From Podarcis muralis (Eukaryota), in contig NC_135663.1 in the NCBI RefSeq assembly GCF_964188315.1, forward strand, positions 47,926,001-47,990,000: 64,000 nucleotides of DNA. The letters run 5' to 3'. Of this stretch, positions 62,797 through 64,000 are shown in pieces. Both the position numbers and the translations under genes were made by a program. Positions within the stretch are counted from its first letter, which is position 1. The number at the start of each line of letters is the position of its first letter. Below the pieces are notes generated by a model. It was not told the DNA's origin and did not search any database. It saw only the letters and a program-made list of their open reading frames with translations.

Positions 62797-63643
62797 TTCA
62801 GGAATTGTGGCAGAAGCATCCAGTGCATCATTGAATGAGAGCTGGTGAGTGCTTAGGGGCCTGTGCTATGAGATAGAAGCTTCTAGTGTCAATCTCAGGT
62901 CTACCATGAACTTTCGGGTTGTGCTTCATCATGTCTCACAGGCTCTACTTTATAAGAAAGTATAAAATGAAGCAATCTTACAAGAGTGTTGCAAGTTTAC
63001 TGTGATAATACATATGAAATGCTCTGATCAATTATAATTATGTTTAATTATGTATATTTTTATGTATAAATATTGAGGCTATACAATACCTGTATATAGA
63101 GGATTCCCCTAGGACTCAATAGAATCCTGTTGCCTGGGCTGTCCATTGACCAATGTATGTAAGAGACAGCTTCTAGGAATGGAAGCCCCTCACCTCTCTG
63201 CCATGCAAATTATTTGTGCTCCAGAGCAGAAGTAACTTGTAGAGTACAGAGAGAGACAGTTAGATGGACATTGGTGTTCATAGACATTTCATTCCCTGCA
63301 ATGACATGGGTTGATATGCAGGAGAAGAGAGAAAGAGAAACTTATGTGGATCCCCATGCAGAGGACTTGTACCTGTACTCAGAACTGATTGGGCCCTAAC
63401 CCCTCCCAAAACTGAAAACACTATTTCAATGTGCATTGCAATGTATTTGATATGGGAAGTTTTATGTCTGGTCTGGTCAAAGTTTTTTTAACTGTTGCCT
63501 GGGGCCTTAACTGACAGCTGTGCGGAAGGACTGGTGTATGCATATTTTGATTGATGGGTGCAGGTTTAGAATTTTCAGTTGGATAGCATGATTGGCTGGG
63601 ACTGGAGTAGAAGAGCCAGAATAAGTTTATGTAACAGCTGAGT

Positions 63644-63777
63644 GCTGGTCAGCAGAGGGAGAGTTAGGGTTGTCGGTGCTTGGCGTTTGTGGAGTTGGCA
63701 AGAAGACAACATCAAAGGAAGAGGTTTGTTAAAGAAAAAGGAAGACTCGAGAGGCAGATGGATTGGCTTGGTGGCTG
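63644..63777 (+). repeat. Unclassified dispersed repeat, copy B
   Basis: Homologous to 55010-55140. Confidence 0.7.
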
Positions 63778-63927
63778 AAGACTTGTTGAGTATGGCTGAA
63801 TCATTTGGCTTAGGCTGAACAGACAAGATCTCTAGGGTAGTACAGGAAGACCCACCTGCACTTCAATAAGTCAGTAAAGCGTTTGGGGAAAAGGCTTCTG
63901 GCAAAGTCCTTTTGGTGAGGCTTAACT

Positions 63928-64000
63928 GGGGACGCGGGTGGCGCTGTGGGTAAAAGCCTCAGCACCTAGGGCTTGCCGATCGAAAGGTCGGCGGTTCGAA
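63928..64000 (+). mobile_element. Sauria SINE 5' end, cut by the window edge
   Basis: Near-identical to the head of the 35349 copy. Confidence 0.93.

Overview
Eukaryotic DNA from a squamate reptile, probably a lacertid lizard (inferred from Sauria SINE, BovB and squamate-type L2/CR1 content). It has one 182-N assembly gap. The only protein-coding gene I can support is VEGFC on the minus strand: coding exons 2-7 (53356 down to 37520, 1122 nt, 373 aa plus stop, all GT-AG), then the 3' UTR and an AATAAA at 37130-37135. Exon 1 lies beyond the right edge. Positions 1 to about 37100 are downstream intergenic sequence and 53357-64000 is intron 1. The rest is a dense transposable-element record: BovB, Sauria SINEs with TSDs, L2, CR1, an L1 relic, a Rex1/Babar fragment, a DIRS1 relic with its ITR/ICR ends, a hAT transposase relic, and many hAT, Tc1/pogo and Harbinger-like MITEs. 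I found no convincing new coding system. The best leads are: two hAT MITEs inserted 1 bp apart in one palindromic target; giant single-A-centred palindromes in two intronic MITEs; a candidate DIRS-derived poison exon in VEGFC intron 2; changes around the VEGF-C activation sites; and an unclassified TIR element. Comparisons with human VEGFC and TE consensus motifs are from memory and need alignment to confirm.
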